Positions 38,017 through 48,364 are shown, numbered from the stretch's first letter. The stretch is DNA of 64,000 nt from Barthelona sp. PCE (GCA_040285745.1 JAUFOR010000003.1:1302001-1366000), one strand, 5' to 3'. A program made the numbers and translations. The notes: generated from the sequence alone by a model not told the origin.

Positions 38017-41000
38017 TTATACGGACTTGAAAGCTTCTCTTAGATGTGAAAACTTGCTTGCCCGCTTATTTTTGTTGGTTTCTTTGCGCTTCAAATAATT
38101 CTTAACTGCCTTTTGTAGCAAAAGCACTGTTCTTATATTCAGTTTCGGCTTGTTCGAGTTATTCTCCTTCTTGGCATCTCCTAACCTATTCTTCAGCTGT
38201 GTTAGGCCTGCCATAAAGTCTTCACTAAGTCTCGTCTGTTGATTCGTCAAATTAAAAGTGGCGAACGTACCTCGTAAATGTTGTAATGATAAAAAAAGTC
38301 TGTTTCCTATCCATATAAGTTGGCTCATCCCTGTCCAACACGCCAAGGGGAAGTTCTCCTTCTCCTTTAAGTTGATTATCAATGTTCGTCTTGAGTCAAG
38401 CATATCAATAAAGACCTTGAGCCATCTGTGATGCGTGCTCCTGATTAATCTATTCAACACATGCAATGTCTCGTTCAAAGTCTGTACATTAACACCCTTA
38501 AACACAGCATCACGCTCCTCAACTGTGATCGACTGGATTTTTAACATTGGTGAAACAATAGGAAGTCGGTCCTTTGAGAAATATAATGGACAATGATACA
38601 CAAACTTCTTAATGTCATCCCACGTCATTGTAAAATCAACACCACGTCGAATACGCAAATTATCTTTAACAGTCCACTGTTTAAGCACTTTTCTTTCATC
38701 TTTTAGTGTCATACGAGTGCTTGATAGTGAATTACTAAAGAAATCCAGCAATTTCGAATCCTCAGTAACACTTTTTTCATTTAGATTAAATGTATTGATC
38801 TTTTCAGAGATAACATCAATAAATTCGATTGGTAATCCCATTCGTTGGAATTGATCAAACGTGAACTTGTCCTCCATGTACAGGTTGTTGAATTCTCTTA
38901 TGTGAGAATCACATCTTAATGCTTCTAGATGGAAAAGACCATAAATGAATGCAAAGATATCAATTCCTTCACTTCGCTGAATATCACCATCATCCTCAAC
39001 AAACATCGACGGGATGCGCTGTGCATCAATGGCCAGCTCATTAACGAGGTTAGATAGCTCAACCGAATCGTAGATATTATCAAAAACAGTGTGACACATT
39101 CGTTGCAAGTTGTGGATGCTAACGACAAAGGGCAGGTGATATATCAAGTCATGCGGCACGTTTAGTCCATCGCATTCCTCTTCCAACGCAAGTTGAAAGA
39201 CATTAATATACAAAGTGAGGAATGAAAATGGAAACTTTTGCCTAATACAGCCATCAGTTTCTTTTAGATATATTTTCCTGTATGGGGAAGGGGTGGCCGG
39301 GGTTGAGTTGGAACAATCCAAAAAGCAACAGAAAAAATTAATGAAGTGATCGCGGAGACGAAAAATTTCTAATAATTGCCAGAAACTAAAAACAAATTGT
39401 ATGAAATACCTCATATTTTGGATTGATTCAATATCCAATATCGAATAGAAAGATTCTAAAACATTGTCTTCCAAAAAGTACTGGATCATTACATCGCAGA
39501 AACAATAACTTTTAAATGGGGGAACGAACTTCTCTTCAAAAACAATACCACACATATGGTTTATAGTTTTTAGTACGAGTTTGGACGTGAATCTCTTCAT
39601 TGTCATCATTAAATTGTGATTGCTGTTGACCTGGCCCGAAAGACTCAGCCAAAATTCATTGTCTGAAGGAACAACATTCATTGACCGGAACAGCGGGTGC
39701 TCTGGCTGCTTGAACTGGTTCTTCAGATACTCAATCCTTTGGCATTCAAAAGATAGAAAATCAACTTCGAATTCGGCAATCTCATGGAAAGATTTTGGTT
39801 CTAGGGCATCAGAATGCAGCTCAAGTAGGCGCTCAAGTAGCTGTAGGCGCTTCAATTCAACTCTTTCCCGCTCCATCTTATTATGCTCTTCTTCAGACAC
39901 GTCTCTTCTTTGAGGCAACTTAATTTCATCATCTGAAAGCTCTCCCTCGGACAATTCCTTGTAATGGTATCCCTCTTTCTCATCAATAACATAGTCTATG
40001 TTGCCCATCATGTCATAATCGAGCTCAGTGATTGGAATTTCCTCACCATTAGTTACAGCTACACTCATCCTCCGGGCTCGCTTGTAAGTCTCCTTCGAGC
40101 GGGACAGCCGGACAATGAGGTTACGGAGTTCATGTATTTCCTGGTCCTTCATCTTTACCGATGCCTGCAACTGTGCTATCAAAGCGTTTCTATCTTCGAG
40201 TCTGGACTTTAGCTTCTTAACTTGAGTTTCAACCTTGAACTGGGGGATTTCTAGGTTGTTCAGCACTTCTCGCTGCACAACGATATCTCGAAGTGAAACA
40301 ATTTCTTTTTCTTGTACAGATAAAATTTTTTCAAAGTGTGTAATTAATTTAACTAGCTCATTCTGTCTGTTTCCAGCTAATTTTTGGATCCTATACAGAT
40401 GTTCCTGAGACTTTTTACGAAAGGTTTGGAAATCTTTCAAAGCAGTATCATACTTAATGTTTGTACTCTCTACAACACCAAACATAGCTGTGAACAGGAC
40501 CTTTATGCGCTCGTACACAGCTTGGAACATCTGAGATCTAGGTAAGGATGTTGTTGCAACCTGTCGAACCAATTCAAGCCAAACGCTCATTAAAATCTCC
40601 AATTCTTTCTTTATGATTGTGATTGGGTTATTTGTCACGTCATCATCCTGCTCAGCCTCCTCTAACATCTGTAGCACACAACCTGAAACAAACCTTACTT
40701 GGTATTCACTGATAGGTCTGTTCTGTGGGAAAATGCGTTCATACCATTTGTTATCTAAGAAGACCAGATCTTCCGGGTCAATGTTGTTTAGTTCTATGTT
40801 TTGAATGTCGACTAATTTATGATATTCGGGAGGAATAAAGGTTGAAAAAACATGAGAATTCTCATCATGATTAGGAAAGATTTCTGGTAATAAATCTTCA
40901 GTCTGTTGCTTAATAAGCTTCTTTCGTTTCTTCAGGTTCTTGGCGAGCTCCATAGACGGAAAAAGATCTGCAGAAGAAACGCGAGAAAGCGAACGTAATT

Positions 41001-41427
41001 CGGTTACTTTTTTGAAATCGTCATCAGTCTTTAATACGTTGCGTAATTTCCCCAGGTACTCCTTCATCGATGTCATAGGACGTGGTTGAATGGTAGATTC
41101 ACCTACTTGAACCCCAAAACTCTTACTTTCAACTGGTTTTGCTTGTTTGGTTGATATTTTTAGTTTTGCTTTCCGCACATGTGGCTTTTTATGGGACTTT
41201 GGCGGCTGCACAGGTGTAAAGGGTTCTGAAACTCGAGGTTTGGTATTATTCTGCATCTGGGTGAGTTCAGAAGAAAATACTGCTTGTTTCTTTAAAATGA
41301 AGTTGTCCCTTGAGCTTGCACGAGATAACACTGCTTTTTTATGGGGAAAAAAGCGAGGCGACTCGAAGCGAAATTTTGGTGCATCAATAGGGGGAAGTGT
41401 GATGCTTTTATCGTTCTTCCAATCCAT
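38017..41427 (-). CDS. Large coiled-coil protein with axonemal dynein light chain (p28/AXDND1)-like segment
   Basis: KKELEILMSVWLELVRQVATTSLPRSQMFQAVYER resembles the ELIRQV....ERG.LL..V motif and is followed by coiled coil. Confidence 0.6.
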   Translation of the reverse strand: MDWKNDKSITLPPIDAPKFRFESPRFFPHKKAVLSRASSRDNFILKKQAVFSSELTQMQNNTKPRVSEPFTPVQPPKSHKKPHVRKAKLKISTKQAKPVESKSFGVQVGESTIQPRPMTSMKEYLGKLRNVLKTDDDFKKVTELRSLSRVSSADLFPSMELAKNLKKRKKLIKQQTEDLLPEIFPNHDENSHVFSTFIPPEYHKLVDIQNIELNNIDPEDLVFLDNKWYERIFPQNRPISEYQVRFVSGCVLQMLEEAEQDDDVTNNPITIIKKELEILMSVWLELVRQVATTSLPRSQMFQAVYERIKVLFTAMFGVVESTNIKYDTALKDFQTFRKKSQEHLYRIQKLAGNRQNELVKLITHFEKILSVQEKEIVSLRDIVVQREVLNNLEIPQFKVETQVKKLKSRLEDRNALIAQLQASVKMKDQEIHELRNLIVRLSRSKETYKRARRMSVAVTNGEEIPITELDYDMMGNIDYVIDEKEGYHYKELSEGELSDDEIKLPQRRDVSEEEHNKMERERVELKRLQLLERLLELHSDALEPKSFHEIAEFEVDFLSFECQRIEYLKNQFKQPEHPLFRSMNVVPSDNEFWLSLSGQVNSNHNLMMTMKRFTSKLVLKTINHMCGIVFEEKFVPPFKSYCFCDVMIQYFLEDNVLESFYSILDIESIQNMRYFIQFVFSFWQLLEIFRLRDHFINFFCCFLDCSNSTPATPSPYRKIYLKETDGCIRQKFPFSFLTLYINVFQLALEEECDGLNVPHDLIYHLPFVVSIHNLQRMCHTVFDNIYDSVELSNLVNELAIDAQRIPSMFVEDDGDIQRSEGIDIFAFIYGLFHLEALRCDSHIREFNNLYMEDKFTFDQFQRMGLPIEFIDVISEKINTFNLNEKSVTEDSKLLDFFSNSLSSTRMTLKDERKVLKQWTVKDNLRIRRGVDFTMTWDDIKKFVYHCPLYFSKDRLPIVSPMLKIQSITVEERDAVFKGVNVQTLNETLHVLNRLIRSTHHRWLKVFIDMLDSRRTLIINLKEKENFPLACWTGMSQLIWIGNRLFLSLQHLRGTFATFNLTNQQTRLSEDFMAGLTQLKNRLGDAKKENNSNKPKLNIRTVLLLQKAVKNYLKRKETNKNKRASKFSHLREAFKSV

Positions 41428-41507
41428 TAGGTGCTCATGTCGATACGGGAAATGTATCGAGAATGTGAAAAGGCTTGTTTTGTATTTAACACCTTTCTAC
41501 TTGCAAA

Positions 41508-42149
41508 ATGAACTTCAGCATGGATTCACTGCGCAAGTATCTTGATATGCTAGTCCCATACGACCGAATGCGATGGGGACTTGCGGCGTTTTCATTCTTC
41601 CTGTTTTTTGTAAGAATCATCAGTTGTAACGGTTTTTATATCATTGCATATGCTTACTGTATCTACCTCTTACTGCTTCTCCTAGCATTTTTAACTCCTC
41701 GTGATATGATGGAGCTTATGTCTGCAGAAGAAAAAGATGAAGGAGAACCCGATGCAGAATTTAGGCCATTCCGTAGAAAGCTCAGTGAGTTTAAGGCATG
41801 GACAGCTGTCATGCAATCCACAATTATATGTTTATTCCTCACTTTATTCCCCTTCTTAGACATTGAGGTTTATGTTCCTATTTTAGTTATTTATTTTATT
41901 GTGCTATCTTATATGATGTTGAAGAAGCAGATCGAACACATGATTAGATATAAATATGTTCCATGGAACATTAAAAAACAAAAATTCTCAGCTCCTTCCG
42001 ATGAAAAGAAAAATGATGATATTTTCCAACCAAACACATCCAAACCAATCACACCAGGATTCAGCAGTTCGATCTTTAATGAACCTGAAAGTGATTTAAA
42101 ACAAATTTCGGAAACTATTGAAGAGAAAGATAAGAGTAAAATGGATTAA
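41508..42149 (+). CDS. RER1: Rer1 ER-retrieval receptor
   Basis: GFYIIAY...LAFLTP, EFRPFRRKLSEFKAW and QIEHMIRYKYVPW. Confidence 0.95.
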   Translation: MNFSMDSLRKYLDMLVPYDRMRWGLAAFSFFLFFVRIISCNGFYIIAYAYCIYLLLLLLAFLTPRDMMELMSAEEKDEGEPDAEFRPFRRKLSEFKAWTAVMQSTIICLFLTLFPFLDIEVYVPILVIYFIVLSYMMLKKQIEHMIRYKYVPWNIKKQKFSAPSDEKKNDDIFQPNTSKPITPGFSSSIFNEPESDLKQISETIEEKDKSKMD

Positions 42150-42860
42150 CTATAATTGAAGCATATTTAAACTAATAATTGCACTGGTGATTGCAGCAAG
42201 AGGTCGTGGATCAGGTTGTCTTGCTACATGATCTCTATAAAAATGTAAAAATGTACCTATATGGTTTATCACAACGGCTGTTGCATCTTCTCTCATTATC
42301 ATATTTACCAATAACTCACAGAGAGCATCCACATATATCTGATCCCCACGTATATAATTAACAGTTTCTTCATTTGTTACATCATACAAGATTTTAGAAA
42401 TTTTTTCAAGATGATCCGTTGAAATTTCTAAAAGATGCTTATTGAACTTTCTAAACAGGGAGTAGAACTTCAATCCCACCATACCACCATTGAATTGTTC
42501 AGAAGATAGGGCATGTAAGAAAGTATATTCATTTCTCCTTATCTGGGGTCTTTCTATTTTTTGTTCAACTTTGACTGCGTCGTAAAGCTCCTCGAATATT
42601 GGGTCAGCAGGTATTTCTGATTCTTCTCGACCAGTAATATGTTCATTGATATCATTCTTACTTAATTTGGTCTTGTAGCCCACAAGATTGTGCATTAGAG
42701 TGTGTTCCATCTCATGATCAAGGTTGCCCTTAAGGTAAAAACAAAAAATATCGATAGAAATGCGCCACATTTGATTTGGATGTTTGTGAAGAATGCGGTC
42801 GAAATTCTTAAGTTGCTGCTTCGTCCTATGCCACGACTCTGTCTTAGGCTCTTCAATCAT
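42150..42860 (-). CDS. Hypothetical helical protein
   Basis: 236 aa ORF with CCTTTT 19 nt upstream of the ATG. Confidence 0.65.
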   Translation of the reverse strand: MIEEPKTESWHRTKQQLKNFDRILHKHPNQMWRISIDIFCFYLKGNLDHEMEHTLMHNLVGYKTKLSKNDINEHITGREESEIPADPIFEELYDAVKVEQKIERPQIRRNEYTFLHALSSEQFNGGMVGLKFYSLFRKFNKHLLEISTDHLEKISKILYDVTNEETVNYIRGDQIYVDALCELLVNMIMREDATAVVINHIGTFLHFYRDHVARQPDPRPLAAITSAIISLNMLQL

Positions 42861-43287
42861 TTGTGTAAAACAGTTTTGAAAAGGTGGTTTTTGGATTAAC
42901 GCTCTTTACTCATTATTATGATTGTATATTTTTTAGAATGGTGGTTGAATTAGGCAGATATCATTGTTTGCGGTCATATTTTCTCATTATACATAGGGAA
43001 TAATTTACTTTGACATGTTTTATTCAGGGTTAGTTAATGACTTCATGCAGAGAAATATCTGCTTTGGTACCTAAATAATCATTATTAGTCCAAATAGTGG
43101 ACTAGTATCGCCAATTTTGTTTTGCTCAGCTTTATTGACAGATATGCACAGTATATTATCGAACACTGGATTATAAACATGCTTTTAAAGCTTCAATTGT
43201 AAAATAAAGTATGTAAGAGATGTCTTACAGTTGTAAACTTTTTGTGCTTTTCAAAATCTCACTCCATTCTTTTATTCAGAACCGTTT

Positions 43288-44625
43288 ATGCGTTCTAACG
43301 TGGGGATCCATTACATAGAGTACTACGTGCCACCGTATTACATCGAACAGTCTGAGCTGGAAACTTTTGATGGCGTCAGTTCTGGTAAATACAGCATAGG
43401 TTTGGGACAGGAACAGATGTCGTTTTGCAGCGATCGTGAGGACAGTATTTCTATGTCATTGACAGTTGTAGACTCACTTCTCAAGAAGAGTGGTATTAGC
43501 TATGCTGACATTGGACGTATTGATGTTGGAACTGAGTCTATAATGGACAGGAGCAAGTCAATCAAGTCATATCTTATGGATCTGTTTACAGAATGTGGAA
43601 ATTTGGATGTTGAAGGTTGTGACACGTATAATGCTTGTTATGGTGGCACTAACGCTTTATTCAACGCGTGTAGTTGGGTAGAGTCATCATCATGGGATGA
43701 ACGTTGGGCGCTGGTAGTTTCCACAGACATAGCCACATATGCAACTGGACCTGCTCGTCCTAGTGGAGGAGCTGGTGCTGTCGCTCTGCTCATAGGACCC
43801 AACGCCCCCATTGTCCTCGATCCATTACGTGCTTCATATAGCAAGCATGTGTATGATTTTTACAAACCGGACATGACCAGCGAGTATCCCCAAGTGCAAG
43901 GTAAGTTATCACTTGAATGCTACCTTGCTGCCATCGATGGGTGCTACGAAGGTCTTGCCCGGAAGCACAGAAACAAAGGAGGACGGTTCTCGTTGGAAAA
44001 TTGCGATTTTGTGTGTTTCCATACTCCTTTTAACAAGATGATCCAAAAGGCCACAGCACGCCTCAGGTTCAACGAACTCATCAACACACCAGCTGATGAA
44101 AGACCTGAACTTGCTGATGTCATTATTGAAGCACTCAATAATCCTTCACAGACTTTATCGGACAAACCGCTTGAAAAGGCCTTGGTTGCGCTCATGAAGC
44201 AGGAGGGGATCTACGCAGGCAAGGTTGCCCCAGGAGATCGATTGAACAAACGCGTTGGTAATATGTATACGGCAAGCATATTCGGATCTCTAATTTCTCT
44301 CCTTTCAGAGATTTCCCGTGATGGCGATCAGAGCGTGCTTATGTTTTCTTATGGCTCTGGCCTTTGTGCAACGATGTTTACACTCAAACTGGATCACACA
44401 CATTGTGGATTACAGACATTAATAGATGAGATAGACATTGGTGCTCTTGATGAACGTGTTAAGTGCACTCCTCAACAATTCGTTGATACATTGCAGATTG
44501 CAGAGAGCCGATTCAATACACGTGACTACACACCAACTGGAGAAATCAATGATCTGACAACAGGTTGCTTTTATTTGTGTGAGGTTACAGATTCGTACCA
44601 ACGTATATATACTAAAAAAGAATAA
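43288..44625 (+). CDS. HMGCS: Hydroxymethylglutaryl-CoA synthase (eukaryotic type)
   Basis: GKYSIGLGQ, VGTES, NACYGGT (catalytic Cys), YDFYKP, FHTPF, GNMYTAS and FSYGSG. Confidence 0.96.
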   Translation: MRSNVGIHYIEYYVPPYYIEQSELETFDGVSSGKYSIGLGQEQMSFCSDREDSISMSLTVVDSLLKKSGISYADIGRIDVGTESIMDRSKSIKSYLMDLFTECGNLDVEGCDTYNACYGGTNALFNACSWVESSSWDERWALVVSTDIATYATGPARPSGGAGAVALLIGPNAPIVLDPLRASYSKHVYDFYKPDMTSEYPQVQGKLSLECYLAAIDGCYEGLARKHRNKGGRFSLENCDFVCFHTPFNKMIQKATARLRFNELINTPADERPELADVIIEALNNPSQTLSDKPLEKALVALMKQEGIYAGKVAPGDRLNKRVGNMYTASIFGSLISLLSEISRDGDQSVLMFSYGSGLCATMFTLKLDHTHCGLQTLIDEIDIGALDERVKCTPQQFVDTLQIAESRFNTRDYTPTGEINDLTTGCFYLCEVTDSYQRIYTKKE

Positions 44626-44632
44626 ACATATT

Positions 44633-46144
44633 CTAACTATTATGGAATTCACTCTCTATATCATCACGAAGCTCTATAGAGTCACTATGTGTTGGATTAC
44701 GTTCAAGCGATAATTTGACATCAACATAGGCCTTCTCCAGATCTCCCTCCTTGTTTGCAAGGAAACTGGAGTTAAAGTAAGGTTCAAATAAGGCATCATT
44801 CAAGATTTTTGACTTGTTCAAGAACTCTTCAGCCTGGAATACATTATTTTTCCTAATCTCCAACACAGCGAGGTTGTTATATGCCTCTGCGTTGTTTGGA
44901 TTGTACGCTATAGCTATCCTCAGTGATTGGTAACTCAACCCAACATCACCCACAGCAATACCAATATGGCTCATATTGAACCAGACGTCGCTCAACAAAT
45001 CAGGCTGACTGTGTGCAAGTTTGATAGCAGACTGCATGCAGCCCAGCGCAACATCATACTGCCCACTGTAAAAGGCACACATACCAAGATTAGACCATAC
45101 CTCAGGTCCGGCCACACCCATTTGTAGGAGCCTTCGGTACAGCCTCATAGCCACCTCCTTTCTTTCGTTGTAGAACTCTGTGGCGGCCAGGTATGCAATG
45201 CCTTCGACACATGATGGATCTTGTTTTAAAATATCTCTGTAAGCATCAGTGGCCTTCTCAGTTTCCCCCATCTCGTCATGGAGACGTGCAATAGCCAACT
45301 GGATGGAAATATCGTTCGGAAAAGAGTTCCGGGCCCGCACATACCAATCAAGCGCGACACGTGGTTGGTCCAGCTTCTTATAAACTTTTGCCAACTCTAA
45401 GAATACAGTGATTGTCTCTTGTGTCTTCAGCGCACTCTTGAACTGCTTCTCTGCCTCACGCAGCATGCCCAACTGGTAGTAGGCCTTACCCAACCGCGCC
45501 TTCCAGAACCAATCCTTGTAGTTGCATCTTACAGTCGCCATTGCAGCTAATTCAAGAGCCTTCCGAGGCCTGTGCTCAACATATAAGATATAGTCTATCA
45601 ACACCTTTGACAGCTCAGGCTTCTTGCTCTGCTTTCGAAAATCTATAACGTCAATATCAATGAATTGTCCTCCGTATGCTGTAATACTAGCTGTACCCAA
45701 TCTGACGAGACGACCAGCATTCGTCACAGGTCGAGCTGTTCCAGGCTTGAAGCCTGTGAACGCGTTTCGCACAGCAACTGAAGTAGTACCCGGTCGTGAA
45801 GTAGTTCCAGGACGTAGGAAACCAGTTGCCGGCCTTCCGCTTTGTGTCATAGGGCGATTACCAGTCTTTGTGTTGCGTGCCAGGGATGTGCCGGGTCTTG
45901 GGGTTGATGATATAGCGTTTTCATCCATAATAACATCAGCAAGACTCTCATCATCGAACTCTGTGTCATCAATCCAGTTTTTCTGAATTAAAGCACGCGC
46001 CTTTGTGTACCACGCAGCCTGGTCACGAGGGTTTTTTGCGAGTAGCCCAGTTAGAACATCGATAGCGCTATTGAACTGCCTTTTGCGAAGCTTAACAAGT
46101 GCGTAGAAGAAGGGATCCACGCCTTCAGGTACATTTGTGCTCAT
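44633..46144 (-). CDS. BBS8: BBSome subunit BBS8/TTC8
   Basis: PRPGTSL, RPMTQSGRP.TGF.RPGT, GRLVRLGTAS and DWFWKARLGKAYYQLG followed by TPRs. Confidence 0.95.
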   Translation of the reverse strand: MSTNVPEGVDPFFYALVKLRKRQFNSAIDVLTGLLAKNPRDQAAWYTKARALIQKNWIDDTEFDDESLADVIMDENAISSTPRPGTSLARNTKTGNRPMTQSGRPATGFLRPGTTSRPGTTSVAVRNAFTGFKPGTARPVTNAGRLVRLGTASITAYGGQFIDIDVIDFRKQSKKPELSKVLIDYILYVEHRPRKALELAAMATVRCNYKDWFWKARLGKAYYQLGMLREAEKQFKSALKTQETITVFLELAKVYKKLDQPRVALDWYVRARNSFPNDISIQLAIARLHDEMGETEKATDAYRDILKQDPSCVEGIAYLAATEFYNERKEVAMRLYRRLLQMGVAGPEVWSNLGMCAFYSGQYDVALGCMQSAIKLAHSQPDLLSDVWFNMSHIGIAVGDVGLSYQSLRIAIAYNPNNAEAYNNLAVLEIRKNNVFQAEEFLNKSKILNDALFEPYFNSSFLANKEGDLEKAYVDVKLSLERNPTHSDSIELRDDIESEFHNS

Positions 46145-46366
46145 TTACGAGGATAAAAATGTGAAAAGGAAGTGATAATTGCCAAAACGGGTAATCTGCT
46201 TGTGTGAGACAAACGCTCACGCACTTACTAAAAGAAAGTTGTGTAAATTTAAGGTGAGGTCAGGTGCAACACAAGCAAAAGCCGAAAAACTGAAACAGAA
46301 GCGTTATTTTTTTATTAACCCTTTCGTTTGTTTTTTATTCTTTTCATCTGTTCATAGCAACATATT

Positions 46367-47071
46367 ATGAGCGTCAAACAGATTCAGACAATGAGCCAAG
46401 GGCTTGAGCAACAAATCGACATTCTTGAAGCACGTGTTTCAGCACTGGAAGACTTTGAGGATGAGTCAGAGCTGTTAGACGAGGTCAACGATCTCGATGG
46501 TATGTTCAAGAAGGTCCGTTTGAGCAAAGACGACTTCGCCTTGGATATCGAAGATCTTGATAAGAATTCGAGTCATTACCATCGTTTCTTAAAGGAGGTC
46601 ACAGACTTCAGCAGCCAGCTGGATGACATCAACAACACTCTTAACTCTTACCGCAGACGTTTAGAACGCAAAGGATTGTTAAAAGGAACGAGTGCAAGAT
46701 TTGATTTAGAAAACGTTACAGTGGGTCAGAAGGTGAGCTTAGGTGTGAACGTTTCAAACAAAACAACGGATTTAATCGACCAGTTGGTGAAACAAGGTAA
46801 CGATATTCATGACACAGCGGTTGATCATTTGACTGAAGTACAAAGACAGACACTACAGATGGAAGGAATCGTTGACACACTCGACAATGTCATCTCTGAG
46901 GGAGAGATTGCATCGAAACAGGTAAGAGAGTTTATGAGGACTATCTCATCTGATAAGATGATTATGGCAATGATAATTGTTTTAATCTTAGGCATTGTGT
47001 TCATTGTAGCATACAAGATGTTCATTAACCCTGACGCGAACATCAATATCCCTGATGAAGATCAGTTTTAA
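46367..47071 (+). CDS. Q-SNARE (probably Qb, NPSN/Vti1-like) with C-terminal TM helix
   Basis: N-terminal helical bundle, heptad SNARE motif centred on QRQT, then SDK followed by a hydrophobic anchor. Confidence 0.75.
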   Translation: MSVKQIQTMSQGLEQQIDILEARVSALEDFEDESELLDEVNDLDGMFKKVRLSKDDFALDIEDLDKNSSHYHRFLKEVTDFSSQLDDINNTLNSYRRRLERKGLLKGTSARFDLENVTVGQKVSLGVNVSNKTTDLIDQLVKQGNDIHDTAVDHLTEVQRQTLQMEGIVDTLDNVISEGEIASKQVREFMRTISSDKMIMAMIIVLILGIVFIVAYKMFINPDANINIPDEDQF

Positions 47072-47131
47072 GTGTAAATACCATGACATAGGTTTGGGTG
47101 AATTTACTAATATGGATGAATGGGAAAAGAG

Positions 47132-48364
47132 TTACTGGGGATGATCAAAAACGTTGACACAAACACCAGAAGCCAACTTGGGTACGAACCATGTTGATTT
47201 TGGGGGCATGAGCTTTCCAGCATCAGCAATGGACATAAGCTCTTGGATAGAAACGGGGAAGAGGCCAAAGGCAACAGCATCGCCCTGCTTGACGGCATCA
47301 CTGAGGGCAGAATAGCCACGTGTACCACCGACGAACTTGATGTTGTTAGCGGTACGGAGATCCTCAATACCGAAGAATGGAGTGAGTACTTGCTCGGTGA
47401 GAATCTGAGTGTCAAGAGAAGCGACAGGGTCCTCGTTGTTGATGAGGTGAAGATCCTTGAACTTGAGATAGAACCATTCATCACCAATGAACATTGAAAA
47501 GTGACGACGCTCAGTGGGGTGGGCCTCTTCTTCGGTGACCTTTGTCATCTCGAAGCGCTGCTCCATGAAATCGATGAACTGCTCGGCGGTGTGACCGTTG
47601 AAATCCATTAGGACGCGGTTGTAGTCGATGATCTTGAGCTGGGTGGCAGGGAACATGACGGCAAGGAATGACTGATCGCCTTCACCGAGTGAAGCGGCGA
47701 CACGGGAAGCGCTTTTGGCACGGTGGTGACCATCAGCGACGTAAGAGAAGGGAACGTTCTGGAACTGATTGAGGAGGAACTCGGGGTCTTCGATGAACCA
47801 GACACGGTGCTCGACACCATCAGCATCAACATGATAACGAACGGGGTCGTTCTTCACAATGTTTTCAACGTACTCGTCAATGGCACTGACATCCTCATAA
47901 GTTAAGAAAACAGGACCGGTGTGTGCACCAGTAGTCTGTACGTGACGGACACGATCGTCCTCCTTACACTGACGAGTCTTCTCGTGGAGCTTGATAATGG
48001 AGTTATCGTAATCATCAGTGGATGCTCCTCCAATAATACCATACTGGACGTGATCACCCATCTGCTGCGAGTAGACGTAGTAAGTGGGCTCCTCAGACTG
48101 AACGAGAAGGCCCTGATCGATGAACTTCTCAAGGTTGATTCGGGCAGCGGCATATACATCGTCTTTATAGAGTGCCTTCTTATCTTCATAGTCGAAGTCA
48201 GCAATTGAAATTTCAGGCTTGGTAACGTTCAAAAATGATTTGGGATTGTTTCCAGCGAGCTCATAAGCTTCACGACTGTTTAAAACATCGTAAGGTGGAG
48301 CACAGACGCTTTCGAAGTTTTCAGCTGTTGGTAAGTAGCCTTTGATGGGAATGAACTTTACCAT
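47132..48364 (-). CDS. DUF1015-family protein (ParB/Srx-like DGHHR motif), bacterial type
   Basis: APPYDV, KLHEKT, TGPVFLTY, YVADGHHR, DYNRV, FVGG.RG and MPPKSTWF.PKLASG. Strong codon bias. Confidence 0.88.
   Translation of the reverse strand: MVKFIPIKGYLPTAENFESVCAPPYDVLNSREAYELAGNNPKSFLNVTKPEISIADFDYEDKKALYKDDVYAAARINLEKFIDQGLLVQSEEPTYYVYSQQMGDHVQYGIIGGASTDDYDNSIIKLHEKTRQCKEDDRVRHVQTTGAHTGPVFLTYEDVSAIDEYVENIVKNDPVRYHVDADGVEHRVWFIEDPEFLLNQFQNVPFSYVADGHHRAKSASRVAASLGEGDQSFLAVMFPATQLKIIDYNRVLMDFNGHTAEQFIDFMEQRFEMTKVTEEEAHPTERRHFSMFIGDEWFYLKFKDLHLINNEDPVASLDTQILTEQVLTPFFGIEDLRTANNIKFVGGTRGYSALSDAVKQGDAVAFGLFPVSIQELMSIADAGKLMPPKSTWFVPKLASGVCVNVFDHPQ

Noticed and set aside
43209..43280. Possible 5' UTR intron in HMGCS (GTATGT...TTCAG)
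   Set aside because: No coding constraint is available to test it, it lacks the -8 A and TTTAG of the other introns, and the ORF is complete without it.
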